From contig CAWCXJ010000007.1 of assembly GCA_963799485.1 (NCBI GenBank), forward strand, positions 192,001 to 256,000: a stretch of 64,000 bases of DNA. The letters are read 5' to 3'. Below, one piece after another: positions 29,957-39,787 of this stretch. The translations under genes were made by a program, and so were the position numbers. The notes beneath the pieces are model-generated. The model saw nothing but the letters and a program-made list of their open reading frames with translations. It was not told where the DNA came from and searched no databases. The stretch comes from an uncultured Trueperaceae bacterium (GTDB taxonomy: Bacteria; Deinococcota; Deinococci; Deinococcales; Trueperaceae). The first letter of the stretch is position 1. Each line of letters opens with the position of its first letter.

Positions 29957-32221
29957 CTAGGCTGCCGGGCTCAGATTGGCGTACTTGATTAAAAGTCGTT
30001 TCGGCCCGACTTCTTTGAAGACCACCGTAATTTCGGCGCGCGGCCCATCACCTGAAACGCCGACAACCGTCCCGGTGCCGAATTTAGGGTGCGTGACCTT
30101 TTCGCCGCCCCGGTAGCTCTCGCCGCCAGCTTTGCTGTCGCCATTCTTGGACGAGGACGATGGACTCGAGCTCCCTGTACTCGGCGGTGCCCAGACTGCG
30201 CGGCTGTACTTGTTCAGCTTCGCTTCGCTCAGGTCTTGCCCGAAGATGTCGATCTCTTGCAGCATGGTTTTCGGGACTTCTTCTAAAAAGCGGCTGGGGC
30301 GGGCGAACTCGGTACGCCCAAAGCTCATTCTGGATTCGCAGTTGACCAAAAAGAGCTGCTCCTGGGCGCGGGTAATGCCGACGTACAACAGGCGGCGCTC
30401 TTCTTCGATCTCTTGCAGCGAGCCGGTCGAGGAGCGGTGCGGGATGAGATTTTCTTCTAATCCGACTAAAAAGACGACGGGAAACTCGAGCCCCTTGGCG
30501 TTATGCAGCGTCATCAGGGTCACCGCTTCTTCAGGCACGTCGCCCTTGTTGACCGCTTTTACGGCGCGGTCGTCTACACTCGCCATGAGGGACGCTTCAT
30601 CTAAAAACTCGCCAATCGAGCCGCCCGTCTCCTCCTGCCATTCGGTCACGGCGCTGATAAGTTCGTCCAAGTTTTCAATCCGGCCCTGCGCCTCGAACGA
30701 TTTCTCGTCTTTCAGAGACTGCATATACCCTGACTGATCCATCACCGCTTTAAGAAACTGTGCGGCGGGCAGCGTGTCGGCGGCCTCTTTGAGGTCGTCC
30801 ATCAGTTCGGCAAACTCCGCAATGCGTTTTACGGCGGGTGTGCCCCGTAAAACCTCGTCGCTACGGCGCACCGCGTCGGAAAAACGGGCCGAGTGCTTCG
30901 CTGCCCACGCCGTGAGGTTGTCCTCGCTGGTTTTGCCGATACCGCGTTTGGGCCGGTTCAAAACGCGCCGCCACGCGATGTCGTCGGCTGGGTTGAGCGC
31001 CGCCCGCGCATACGAAAGCATGTCTTTAACCTCGCGCCGTTCGTAAAAACCGACGCCGCCGACGATTTTGGCGGGGATTCCGGCGCGGCGCAGCGACTCT
31101 TCCATCACCCGCGACTGCGAGTTGGTGCGGTACAAGACCGCGAAGCTGTTGGGCGTCAGTTTGGCTTGCAACTGCTCGATCTGCCGCGCGACGAAGTCGG
31201 CCTCGGCGCGGTGATCCGTGGCGCGGTAGAGTTTGACGCTTTCGCCTGCACCTTTTACCGGCTTGAGGTTTTTTTCCAGGCGACCTTCGTTGGCGGTGAT
31301 AATCGTGTTGGCAAGTTCTAGCACGCTGCTGACCGAGCGGTAGTTGAGCTCGAGCCGATAAATCTTCGCCTCCGGGTAATCATCCCGGAAGTCCAGAATG
31401 TTGCGCACATCGGCCCCGCGAAACGCGTAGATGCTCTGATCGGGGTCGCCGACGACCATCAGGTTGCCGTAAGAACTCGCTAACTGTTTGGTCAGCCGGT
31501 ACTGCGCGGTGTTGGTATCCTGATACTCGTCTACATGGATAAAGACGGCGCGTTGCTGAACTTTTTGCAAAACGTCCGGGAAGGCGTCGAACAGCTCGAC
31601 GGTGCGGCCCAAAATGTCGTTGAAGTCTACGGCGTTGGCCTGCCGCAAACGTGAACCGTAACGTTCAAACGCCTCGGCGATGAGGTCTAAGGGCATCCCG
31701 GCGACCATCCCGCCCAGCACCCGTTCACCCTCACGCATCAGCTCGGCGGGCGTCCAGAGGTTCGATTTGGCGCGGTCTATAAGCGACCGTAAAACCCTCG
31801 GGTTCGCGTCGCCCAGACCTGAAACGCGCTCCAGAATCTCTTTAAGCACCTCTAACTGATCGGTGTCGTCGTAGATAGCAAAGCCGTTCTCGAGGCCGAT
31901 CAGCGGCCCGTAGTTTCGCAACACCCGCAAACACGCCGAGTGAAAGGTGCTAACCCAGAGGTCTTTGGCTTTTTCACCCATGAGGTGACGCACACGCTCT
32001 TTAAGCTCGCCTGCGGCCTTGTTGGTGAAGGTCACGGCTAGAATCTCGGTCGGGTAGACCTCGTGTGCGTCCATCAGGTAGGCGATGCGGTGAACGACGG
32101 TGCGCGTTTTACCCGAACCTGCTCCGGCTAAAACCAGCGCCGGGCCTTGAAAATGCGTCGCCGCCGCCCGCTGCTCTTCGTTCAAAACGCTGATAAGGGG
32201 GTGGTCTAAAGTTTCCGGCAC
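29957..32221 (-). CDS. pcrA: ATP-dependent DNA helicase PcrA/UvrD
   Basis: LAGAGSGKT, VDEYQDTN, VGDPDQSIY.FRGA, LYVGITRA, C-terminal Tudor-like HPKFG domain. Confidence 0.95.
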   Translation of the reverse strand: MPETLDHPLISVLNEEQRAAATHFQGPALVLAGAGSGKTRTVVHRIAYLMDAHEVYPTEILAVTFTNKAAGELKERVRHLMGEKAKDLWVSTFHSACLRVLRNYGPLIGLENGFAIYDDTDQLEVLKEILERVSGLGDANPRVLRSLIDRAKSNLWTPAELMREGERVLGGMVAGMPLDLIAEAFERYGSRLRQANAVDFNDILGRTVELFDAFPDVLQKVQQRAVFIHVDEYQDTNTAQYRLTKQLASSYGNLMVVGDPDQSIYAFRGADVRNILDFRDDYPEAKIYRLELNYRSVSSVLELANTIITANEGRLEKNLKPVKGAGESVKLYRATDHRAEADFVARQIEQLQAKLTPNSFAVLYRTNSQSRVMEESLRRAGIPAKIVGGVGFYERREVKDMLSYARAALNPADDIAWRRVLNRPKRGIGKTSEDNLTAWAAKHSARFSDAVRRSDEVLRGTPAVKRIAEFAELMDDLKEAADTLPAAQFLKAVMDQSGYMQSLKDEKSFEAQGRIENLDELISAVTEWQEETGGSIGEFLDEASLMASVDDRAVKAVNKGDVPEEAVTLMTLHNAKGLEFPVVFLVGLEENLIPHRSSTGSLQEIEEERRLLYVGITRAQEQLFLVNCESRMSFGRTEFARPSRFLEEVPKTMLQEIDIFGQDLSEAKLNKYSRAVWAPPSTGSSSPSSSSKNGDSKAGGESYRGGEKVTHPKFGTGTVVGVSGDGPRAEITVVFKEVGPKRLLIKYANLSPAA

Positions 32222-32399
32222 AGTCTGGCTATCATAACGCGCCTTTTGGCTTAAGCAGGCTAGAGCCCACCGCAAAAATGCCTCAACAGCATAACGGTGC
32301 AGGCAAGCCTCTGAAGTGCGGTAGAGCCAACTAAAAAAGCACTCGACTTTTCACCGACGCTGGTAACTAGGTTTTCTATCGTCTCGAGTCCCGGCCTTT

Positions 32400-32895
32400 T
32401 CGCGGTTACGTCGGTGTAGTGCAATCATGTCAAGACCGGATTGGGCCGGCTCCGCGTCTAACAGGTCGCTGCCGCAGGCTTTGTCACCAATCAAGCGTTG
32501 GGGCAATGGTCATAACCCTGCTGCTTTTACCTCGCTTGGTCTTGCCGACTTCGAGAGCCCTTTTTTAGCTGGGTAAACGTCTCGTCGATAAAACACTCGG
32601 ACAAATCAGTGTCACCCCGCACGTACAGGTCATGAGCCAACCGCTCGAGGATGGCAGGCAACACTTCGGCTTTCGACCAACTTCAAAACCGCCAATTACA
32701 AGTCCGAGAAGGTGGATACTTCTCGGACAGGTCTTTTTACGGTGCGCCAGCTCTTAAAATCCATCCCCCGGCTTTATGCAGTTCGTCTCTCTGATTTGAC
32801 GTTTTTTGAGATACGCCCTCAACACTTGCGGCTTCACGCCCGCCAACTGCTTGAACGCTTCTGGTTTCAGCCCTTTAACCGCTTCATAGCTCACG
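32400..32895 (-). mobile_element. Decayed IS5-family transposase fragments
   Basis: Minus strand: SYEAVKGLKPEAFKQLAGV; WILRAGAP*KDLSEKYPP..C..RF; ECFIDETF..KKG; RLIGDKA. Confidence 0.75.
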
Positions 32896-33031
32896 CCTTA
32901 CTTTCAATCCCCTAAGCCTATTGCCGGAGGTTGATGATAAAAAACGCCGTTCGGTAAAACTAAGGATCGTTGTAAAAGCAGCATGGCAGGAGTCGCTTGG
33001 TGGCTCTTTCTCGACCAGAGTCGGATTCAAC

Positions 33032-34084
33032 TCACCGGGTGAACGTCATACCCGGCTTTAACCGCCTAATAGCCGCCGCAATCAACTTGATGACGTTCTC
33101 GACGTCCTCCGGGTCGATCATCTCAACGGGCGAGTGCATATAGCGGTTGGGCAGGCTGACAACCGCCGTCGGTACGCCGCTACGGTTTTTGGCGATGTCG
33201 TCGGCGTCGGTGTAGGTGTGCGCGGCTGAGGTGCCGAACGTGTGCGGAATCCCCTCGGCTTCGGCGGTTTCCTCTAAGAGCGCTGTCAGCTCCCTGTGGG
33301 CATACGACCCGGTGGTCAGTTCAGCGCCCGAACCGAACGGTTTTTCACCCTCGCGTTTGACGTCTACCGTCGGTACATCGGTTGCGTGCGTTACATCTAC
33401 GGCAATCGCAGCGTCGGGTTCAAGGGTATGCGAGGCAATATACGCGCCGATACCGCCGATTTCTTCTTGCACTGTTCCGACAGCAGTCACCTCGGCTCCG
33501 GACTCTGCGGCGCGGCGGGCGGCCTCAAGAACAATAAACGCCCCGATACGGTCGTCGACGGCTTTTGAAACGAGCCGACCGTTGAGGAGCTCCAGAACGG
33601 GTTGTTCGATAACGGCAAAATCCCCGGCCCGGACGTGTTCTTTGGCTTCGTCGCCGCTTTTGGCTCCGACGTCGATCCACAAGGTCTCGATTTTAGAAAC
33701 TTTGCTGCGCTCTTCGCCTTCCATCAGATGAATAGGCTTTTTGCCGATGACGCCCATCAGTTCGCCTTTGTAACCCACGACGCGTACCCGCTGTCCGACG
33801 AGTTGCTGCGAGTCCCAACCGCCGACGCCCTTGAAGTAGATAAAACCTTCTTTGTCGATGTAGGTGACGAGCAGGCCGATTTCATCCAAATGTCCGGCGA
33901 GCATCACTCGAGGCTTGCCGCCCGTGCCAAATGTCGCGTAGACGTTACCGTAAACGTCGCGCTTTACGGTAGCGCCGTACTTTTCGGCTTGCGCCGCGTA
34001 AACGTCGGCGGGTTTTGTTTCGAAGCCGCTGGTACCGGGGGCCATAAGTAACTTGGTTAAAAAGTCTTTTTCGGCTTGATTCAC
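33032..34084 (-). CDS. M42 family metallo-aminopeptidase
   Basis: AGHLDEIG, KAVDDR, TVQEEIG, VDVTH, RYMHS. Confidence 0.93.
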   Translation of the reverse strand: MNQAEKDFLTKLLMAPGTSGFETKPADVYAAQAEKYGATVKRDVYGNVYATFGTGGKPRVMLAGHLDEIGLLVTYIDKEGFIYFKGVGGWDSQQLVGQRVRVVGYKGELMGVIGKKPIHLMEGEERSKVSKIETLWIDVGAKSGDEAKEHVRAGDFAVIEQPVLELLNGRLVSKAVDDRIGAFIVLEAARRAAESGAEVTAVGTVQEEIGGIGAYIASHTLEPDAAIAVDVTHATDVPTVDVKREGEKPFGSGAELTTGSYAHRELTALLEETAEAEGIPHTFGTSAAHTYTDADDIAKNRSGVPTAVVSLPNRYMHSPVEMIDPEDVENVIKLIAAAIRRLKPGMTFTR

Positions 34085-34260
34085 AAAGCGGACTCTACCA
34101 CGCACAGGAGAATCACCGAGTTGCTAAGTGCCTTACAGGGGCAGGTTTGCTGCTGAGCCGGACTATCTGTGACGCTTTTCGTAAGCGGCCTACGCGCGAA
34201 ACGCTGAGGTTGCCGCATAAGTACCTGCGCGGGCCGGTTTCGACTTATGATGGTCTGACG

Positions 34261-34794
34261 ATGGAGATTCGACCTGCCCGCCCCGACGACGTACCGGCAA
34301 TTGCCAAAGTTCATGTGGACAGCTGGCGCACGACCTATAAAGACATCCTTCCCAAAAGCTACCTCAACGACCTCTCTTACGACGCCCGCGAAACGATGTG
34401 GGAAGAGTCGTTCGGTGAAGCGAGCACCTCGTTTTTAATCGTTGCTGAAGACCAGGGCAAGGTCGTAGGGTTTTCCGCCGGGGGCAGAGCGCGCCAGGAT
34501 ACCCCGGAAGCCAAAGGTTACAGCGGCGAACTCTACGCGGTCTACACCCTCGAGACCTATCAGCGGCGCGGCCTCGGGCGGCGGCTTGTGGCGGCAGTTG
34601 CCGAAGAGCTTATTCACCGGGGGCTCGACACCATGATTACCTGGGTAATTGAAGACAACGCCGCCTGCCGTTTTTACGAACGGCTCGGCGGCGACCTTTT
34701 AGGCAGTAAAACCGTCGAAATTGCCGATATGTCGCTCCGGGCAGTGGCTTATGGGTGGGCGGACTTGAGCACCCTGCTTAAACCCGAGGTTTAG
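34261..34794 (+). CDS. GNAT family N-acetyltransferase
   Basis: IRPA..D..IA.VHV.SW..TY, Y....QRRGLGRRL, N.A..FYE.LGG. Confidence 0.9.
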   Translation: MEIRPARPDDVPAIAKVHVDSWRTTYKDILPKSYLNDLSYDARETMWEESFGEASTSFLIVAEDQGKVVGFSAGGRARQDTPEAKGYSGELYAVYTLETYQRRGLGRRLVAAVAEELIHRGLDTMITWVIEDNAACRFYERLGGDLLGSKTVEIADMSLRAVAYGWADLSTLLKPEV

Positions 34795-34816
34795 ACGCAG
34801 CCACCTTCGCTTCTTA

Positions 34817-34844
34817 GGCGGTGAGCCGGTTTCAGCTCACCGCC
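34817..34844. terminator. Hairpin between convergent GNAT and rhodopsin genes
   Basis: GGCGGTGAGC-N8-GCTCACCGCC; no strong T-run. Confidence 0.55.
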
Positions 34845-34861
34845 CCCAAGGCTAAATAGGT

Positions 34862-35692
34862 CTAATTCTCTGTGTTGACGTACTGAGCCGGGTTGCGAGT
34901 TTCACCTTCTGATGTGAGCGCGGGCCGGAACCCCTCGGCTTTACTCCGCCGCAGCGCGATATAACCGAGCAGCACGCCGTAAACGACCTTGGAGGTCACG
35001 TCGGCTACCGTAAAGGTGATAAGCCGCGCGACTGAGCCGCCTTCGCCAAACCAGATGACCGGCATCAGGTACGCGCCCGGATAGAGCATCCAAGAGATGA
35101 AAAGCAGCCAAAACACCCCGCGCATCAGCCCCTTGGCGTTGTCGGGCAGGTCCGGTAGCGACTGGTGTGTGACGCGCCAGACGATCACTAAAATCCACAA
35201 AAAGAAAACCGTGCTGATGGTGCCCCAGATATAGAGCTGCGCCGTGCTGGTCGTTTCATAAAACTGTCCGACGTACCCGGCGTAGATCATCGCCAGTCCC
35301 GCAACCACGAACTGCACCCAGTAGCGGCGAAACCGTGCCCCGGCAAACCCGGCAACGATCAAAAGCTGGGTGAGCAGCATCGGTACGTCGATGGTCCAGT
35401 TCATGTAGCGGTAGCCGTTGGAAAAGGTTGCGTTGCTCCGCTCCCACACGTCGCCGTTAAAGACGAACGCATTTTGCCAGCTCTGCTGCTGCTGAAACAA
35501 AATCAGCGCCGCCGAGATCATCACCACACCCGAAAGGACGTTGGACAAGCGGTAGCGCGGCGCAACCTGACCGATCGTCAGGCAAAAATAAAGGAGCGCG
35601 GCGAGGTGCGCTCCTACCCCAAAGGTCAAGACTTGCGAAACGATGTCCCACGAGACGGGCGAGTACGTAAACAAATTCTCCATATTTTCCAC
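34862..35692 (-). CDS. Microbial rhodopsin, NDQ-type light-driven Na+ pump (NaR)
   Basis: 7 TM; helix C NGYRYMNWTIDVPMLLTQ (N,D,Q); helix G DVTSK retinal lysine. Confidence 0.92.
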   Translation of the reverse strand: MENMENLFTYSPVSWDIVSQVLTFGVGAHLAALLYFCLTIGQVAPRYRLSNVLSGVVMISAALILFQQQQSWQNAFVFNGDVWERSNATFSNGYRYMNWTIDVPMLLTQLLIVAGFAGARFRRYWVQFVVAGLAMIYAGYVGQFYETTSTAQLYIWGTISTVFFLWILVIVWRVTHQSLPDLPDNAKGLMRGVFWLLFISWMLYPGAYLMPVIWFGEGGSVARLITFTVADVTSKVVYGVLLGYIALRRSKAEGFRPALTSEGETRNPAQYVNTEN

Positions 35693-35824
35693 AGTTGCCC
35701 CCCAACCAAGCTTGGTCTGCTACGGCCTTGACTTTAGACGAACGCAGCGGCAGTTTTGCGCTACCGTCTACCGACATTATGACGAAACCCAGCTGCTGCG
35801 TTTTGTAAGGTCTTACCAAGTTCG

Positions 35825-36296
35825 TGGCGTTAGCTCTGCCCGGTTGCGTTTTGGCCTACGCGGCGCAAGGGGATAAAGTTACGAAGTCGGGGTCAACCTG
35901 GGCGGTAAATCAGGTTTGCGTGTCTGTCACCCGCTTTATCTTACCGCTAGGCGCAACGGCGGTCGGCTACTCCTTCACCGCCACCGTCTGTTTTTTAGGT
36001 GCGGTTTTTGCGGTGCCGCTGCTGTTCGCGCTCTCGGCAGGAGAACGGCTTTACGCGGGCATCTTTGCAGAGCTGGCTGCCGGAAGTTTTGGCGTCGGCA
36101 GCTTTTTTCGGCGGGGACAGGCACCCGAACTCGAGCTGCCGGACAGCGCACTATTTATCGGTATCGTCATTTATCAGTATCGTTAGGTTATCGGTATCGT
36201 CATTTACCAGTATCGTCAGGGAAGACAGGGTCTTCTTGCGGCAAGGAAACACCAGGCTCGAGGTGAACGGCCCGCTCCCCTTTTTGATAAAAAGTG
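35825..36296 (+). pseudogene. Probable disrupted membrane-protein ORF divergent from rhodopsin
   Basis: Hydrophobic ORF interrupted by TAG within a 33-bp tandem duplication; family not recognised. Confidence 0.35.
36155..36220 (+). repeat. 33-bp tandem duplication
   Basis: ttatcggtatcgtcatttatcagtatcgttagg / ttatcggtatcgtcatttaccagtatcgtcagg (2 mismatches). Confidence 0.9.
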
Positions 36297-36433
36297 ACCG
36301 AGTAGTGCAGTTGCTGAAACAGGCCCTGAACCTGTGGGATTTCGCTTGCAGCGCCGCGCCCAAAAATAGGCCATTAACAACATAGGTCACTATCAAGTGC
36401 GGCTCGAGACACCTGCTGCAAACGGTCAAATCG

Positions 36434-37447
36434 CTACGAAACGCCGACGATCTCCGGTTTTAGCTTTTGCACAACGTCGGCCACGGCTTGCCGCGCGTGA
36501 ACCAGGCCGTTTTCGATAAATACGTCGCTGGTGCGGTCGCCGAAGCCTGCCGAGCCGATGAAATAGAGTCCGGGGACGGTGCTCTCGAATGTTTCGGGGT
36601 CGAGCGTGACCGAATGGTCTTGTGAGTTTCGCTCAATGTTCAAACTCCCCAAGAAGCCGCCGGGCGCAGCGTAGTAACCGGTCAGGGCAAAGGTCACGTC
36701 CGTCGGGATGCTGAACGTTTCGCCCTGTTTGTCAAAGATGACGTCTGTCGGCGTAATCTCCCGGACGACGCTGTTAAAATGCGCGGTAATCGAGCCTTCT
36801 TTGATACGGTTTTCTAGGTTTGGTTTGACCCAGTATTTGAGCGAATGCCGAAAACTATCGCCCCGGTGAACCATCGTGACCTTCGCCCCGGCGCGGTACA
36901 GCTCCAAAGCAGCGTCGGCCGCCGACGAACCCGCCCCAATGATGGTGACGTTACGGCCCCAGTGCAGGTGCGCTTCGTCGAAGTAGTGCGAGACGTTTGG
37001 CAAGTCTTCACCGGGAACACCGAGCATTTTGGGCGTATCGAAATAGCCGGTCGCTACCGCAACTTTACGGGCACGAACCGCTTCGGCGGGTTTGTTCTCC
37101 GGAACGACATTTAGTTCAAAGCCTTCACTGGTACGTTTTACGTCGGTTACGGGACTGTAAAGCCGAACGTTGAGCCCTTCACGCTGCGCGACTTTACGGT
37201 AATACTCCAAGGCTTCGCGCCGCGTCGGTTTGTCGATGGCGGTCACAAACGGATGATCGCCGACCTCGAGGCGGTCACTCGTCGTAAAAAAGGTCAGAAA
37301 CGTGGGCCAGCGGTAGATAGCGTCAACCATCGCGCCCTTGTCGAGCAGAATATGCGACATCCCGGCGCGTTTGGCGCGGATGGCGGCCTCGGTTCCGATA
37401 GGGCCGGCGCCGACGATCGCAAGGTCGTAAGTAAGGGGATCTGACAT
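36434..37447 (-). CDS. YpdA family putative bacillithiol disulfide reductase
   Basis: IVGAGP.G, WPT..TFFTT..RLE, KPTRREALEYY, VATGYFD, IKYWV-like LKYWVKP, FIENG. Confidence 0.88.
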   Translation of the reverse strand: MSDPLTYDLAIVGAGPIGTEAAIRAKRAGMSHILLDKGAMVDAIYRWPTFLTFFTTSDRLEVGDHPFVTAIDKPTRREALEYYRKVAQREGLNVRLYSPVTDVKRTSEGFELNVVPENKPAEAVRARKVAVATGYFDTPKMLGVPGEDLPNVSHYFDEAHLHWGRNVTIIGAGSSAADAALELYRAGAKVTMVHRGDSFRHSLKYWVKPNLENRIKEGSITAHFNSVVREITPTDVIFDKQGETFSIPTDVTFALTGYYAAPGGFLGSLNIERNSQDHSVTLDPETFESTVPGLYFIGSAGFGDRTSDVFIENGLVHARQAVADVVQKLKPEIVGVS

Positions 37448-37541
37448 GGGTGTATGGTAGCAAGTAGCGTTCCAGACGTGGGCAAGAAGGCTTACAGAAA
37501 ACGACGTGTCTCTCGAGGGTTTACCGAAAGCGAACAGACGA

Positions 37542-38747
37542 TTACAAGCGCCGCACTGCCGGTACAAGTAAGCCCGTAAAGGCCAGAAAGACAGTTGCAA
37601 ATCCGTAAACCAAAATCAGCGGTGAAGTTCCAACACGCTCGGCTAAAAAACCGGTTGTAATAAACCCGAGCGGTAAGAGGGCAAACGACCCGAGCATATC
37701 GAGGCTGAACACGCGCCCGAGCAGCTCTTCTGGGACGAGCGCCTGCACCGTCGTCTCCCACACGACGCCGAAGACCGTGAGGCTCGCACCGACGCACACC
37801 ATCGCCCCTACGCCGAGGACGATGTGCGGCGAGAATCCTACGCCGACCAGCCCTAACCCGGAGACGGCAACCGCAAGATAGGCAGCCCAACCGCGCCGCT
37901 GTAGGGTGATTCGGTTGAGTACGAGCGCCGTAAACAATGCGCCGCCCGCCATCCCGGACAAAAGCCAGCCGAGCGACGTGGCACCGGCAAAACGCGTTTC
38001 TGCCAGCAAGGGGAGGAGCACAGTCGTAACCCCGGCAACAAAAATGTTGACGAATGAAAAGAGCACAATTGTCACCCACAACCAACGCGAGCCCGCCACG
38101 TACCGAAACCCTGCTTTGAGGTCTTGCCAGTAACCGGGGGTCGTTTCGGCTTGACGCTCTACAGGACGGGGCCGCATCGCCAGCAGACAGAGCGTCCCGA
38201 GTACGAACGTCAGTGCGTCGAAACCGAGTGCCAGACTCAGGCTCCCCAGCGTGATAAGGATGCCCCCGAGGGGTGGCCCGAGAATACCCGCCAGCTCCGA
38301 AGCGAACGAGCGCATAGCGTTGGCTTGGGGCAACACCTCACGGGGGACGAGTTGCGGCGTGATGCTCATCGTCGCGGGCATAAAAAATACGCTCAGCAGA
38401 CCGAACATTCCGGAGAGGACGTAAAGGTGGGGTAGCTCAAGCCTCCCACTCACCATCAATACCAAGACGACGCCCAGCAAGAATGCGTGAAGTACGTTAC
38501 TTACAAGCATCGTCAGACGCCTCGGAACCCTATCGACCAAGACGCCACCGGTCAGCAAAAAGAGCAGTTGCGGCACCGCGTAGACCGCCAGCACCCGTCC
38601 GATTTCACCGGCGCTGCCGCCCAGCGCGAGCACCAGAAACGGCAGCGCCACACTGTACACACGGTCGCCTAAAAGCGACACACTCTGACCGAGCCAGAAC
38701 CAGACGAAAGGCGTGTGCCGGAAGGGATGAGCCGCTGAGGTAGTCAT
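37542..38747 (-). CDS. MFS transporter (DHA3/macrolide-efflux-like)
   Basis: WLGQSVSLLGD, GG.LVDR.PRR..M, 12 hydrophobic segments, VP.ELLGRV. Confidence 0.88.
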   Translation of the reverse strand: MTTSAAHPFRHTPFVWFWLGQSVSLLGDRVYSVALPFLVLALGGSAGEIGRVLAVYAVPQLLFLLTGGVLVDRVPRRLTMLVSNVLHAFLLGVVLVLMVSGRLELPHLYVLSGMFGLLSVFFMPATMSITPQLVPREVLPQANAMRSFASELAGILGPPLGGILITLGSLSLALGFDALTFVLGTLCLLAMRPRPVERQAETTPGYWQDLKAGFRYVAGSRWLWVTIVLFSFVNIFVAGVTTVLLPLLAETRFAGATSLGWLLSGMAGGALFTALVLNRITLQRRGWAAYLAVAVSGLGLVGVGFSPHIVLGVGAMVCVGASLTVFGVVWETTVQALVPEELLGRVFSLDMLGSFALLPLGFITTGFLAERVGTSPLILVYGFATVFLAFTGLLVPAVRRL

Positions 38748-38776
38748 ACCCTCAGCTTTGGGCTAAGCTGCTCTCA

Positions 38777-39427
38777 GTGAAAGAGAAAAATGAAAGCAGC
38801 CCGTTTACGGTGACGACGCCGGAAGCTGCGCGGATGTTGCTCGAGCCCAAACACGCCCGCTTTATCGCGCCGTTTCTTGGACGCGAACGGCTTGTCGCAG
38901 AAGTTGCTCGAGAAATCGGTGCGCCCCTTAGCACGACCTTCAGGCACGTGACCCGTTACTGCGAGGTGGGCATTTTGGAGGTGACGCGGGAACAGACCCG
39001 CAAGGGTCGGGCGCTTAAATGTTACCGGACGGTTGCCGACGCTTTTTTTATTCCGAACCGTTTGCGAATGACCTCTCAAAATGTTTGGTTAGACGAGTTC
39101 GAGCAGATGACCAGAAGGGGTATCGAACACGTTTACGGCGAACATCTCCCGGATTGGGGCGAACTCATTTTTCGGAACGAGGCGGGGATTTTTACGACCA
39201 GCCTTGCTAAAGCGCCGGGACACCCTGTAACCGCACTCGAGCCGGACGCGCCCGCGACGCTGACGACCGCACACGACGCTATCTATCTGGACTTCGACGA
39301 TGCCAAACGTTTACAGCACGACCTGCACACGCTCTTTGAGGTATACGCCGCGAAAAGTGGAGCGCAGCGTTACCTTTTACGGCTCGGCCTGGTGCCGTTA
39401 CCCGAAGATGTCGAGCTGATTCTCTGA
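38777..39427 (+). CDS. Winged-HTH (ArsR-like) protein
   Basis: PFLGRE..VAEVA..IG.......HV......GILEV.RE..R.GR..K.YR. Confidence 0.7.
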   Translation: MKEKNESSPFTVTTPEAARMLLEPKHARFIAPFLGRERLVAEVAREIGAPLSTTFRHVTRYCEVGILEVTREQTRKGRALKCYRTVADAFFIPNRLRMTSQNVWLDEFEQMTRRGIEHVYGEHLPDWGELIFRNEAGIFTTSLAKAPGHPVTALEPDAPATLTTAHDAIYLDFDDAKRLQHDLHTLFEVYAAKSGAQRYLLRLGLVPLPEDVELIL

Positions 39428-39429
39428 CT

Positions 39430-39730
39430 TTAGCGCGCCTTCAAAAAAAGCAGCCACGAGATTTCTTCCATGTATCCCTGGACGCCTAACCCACCACGCC
39501 GCAACTTAATCGCGCGCGCTACTGATAACCGTTCGTAGTTGTTCTCTATTCACCTTGCTCCCTCGAAAACCTAAAAGTCATAAAGTGCTTGCTCGCGGCT
39601 GTCTACCATCATCCGTAAACCACTACTACCCCAAAGAGTCCTGCAATCCGGGGAAGTCGCCGTAGCTGTCGAGTGGATGAACCCGGAACACTTCGGCGGT
39701 CGCGAGTTCCTTAATCCCCGCCATCACCTG
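39430..39730 (-). pseudogene. Type I restriction-modification remnant (hsdR 3' end plus hsdM 5' end)
   Basis: GIKELATAEVFRVHP...EQALYDF* then MNREQLRTVISSARD/KLRRGG..YMEEISWLLFLK, with frameshifts. Confidence 0.7.
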
Positions 39731-39764
39731 ACGTGACCCCCGAAACCCAAGCCAAGCGTCTCAA

Positions 39765-39787
39765 CCTACCGACTCCGAGTCGGTAGG
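39765..39787. repeat. Perfect 23-bp palindrome
   Basis: CCTACCGACTC-C-GAGTCGGTAGG. Confidence 0.85.

Noticed and set aside
32270..32300. Deinococcal RDRM (DdrO box) upstream of pcrA
   Set aside because: TTATGCTGTTGAGGCAT matches only one half of the 17-bp palindrome
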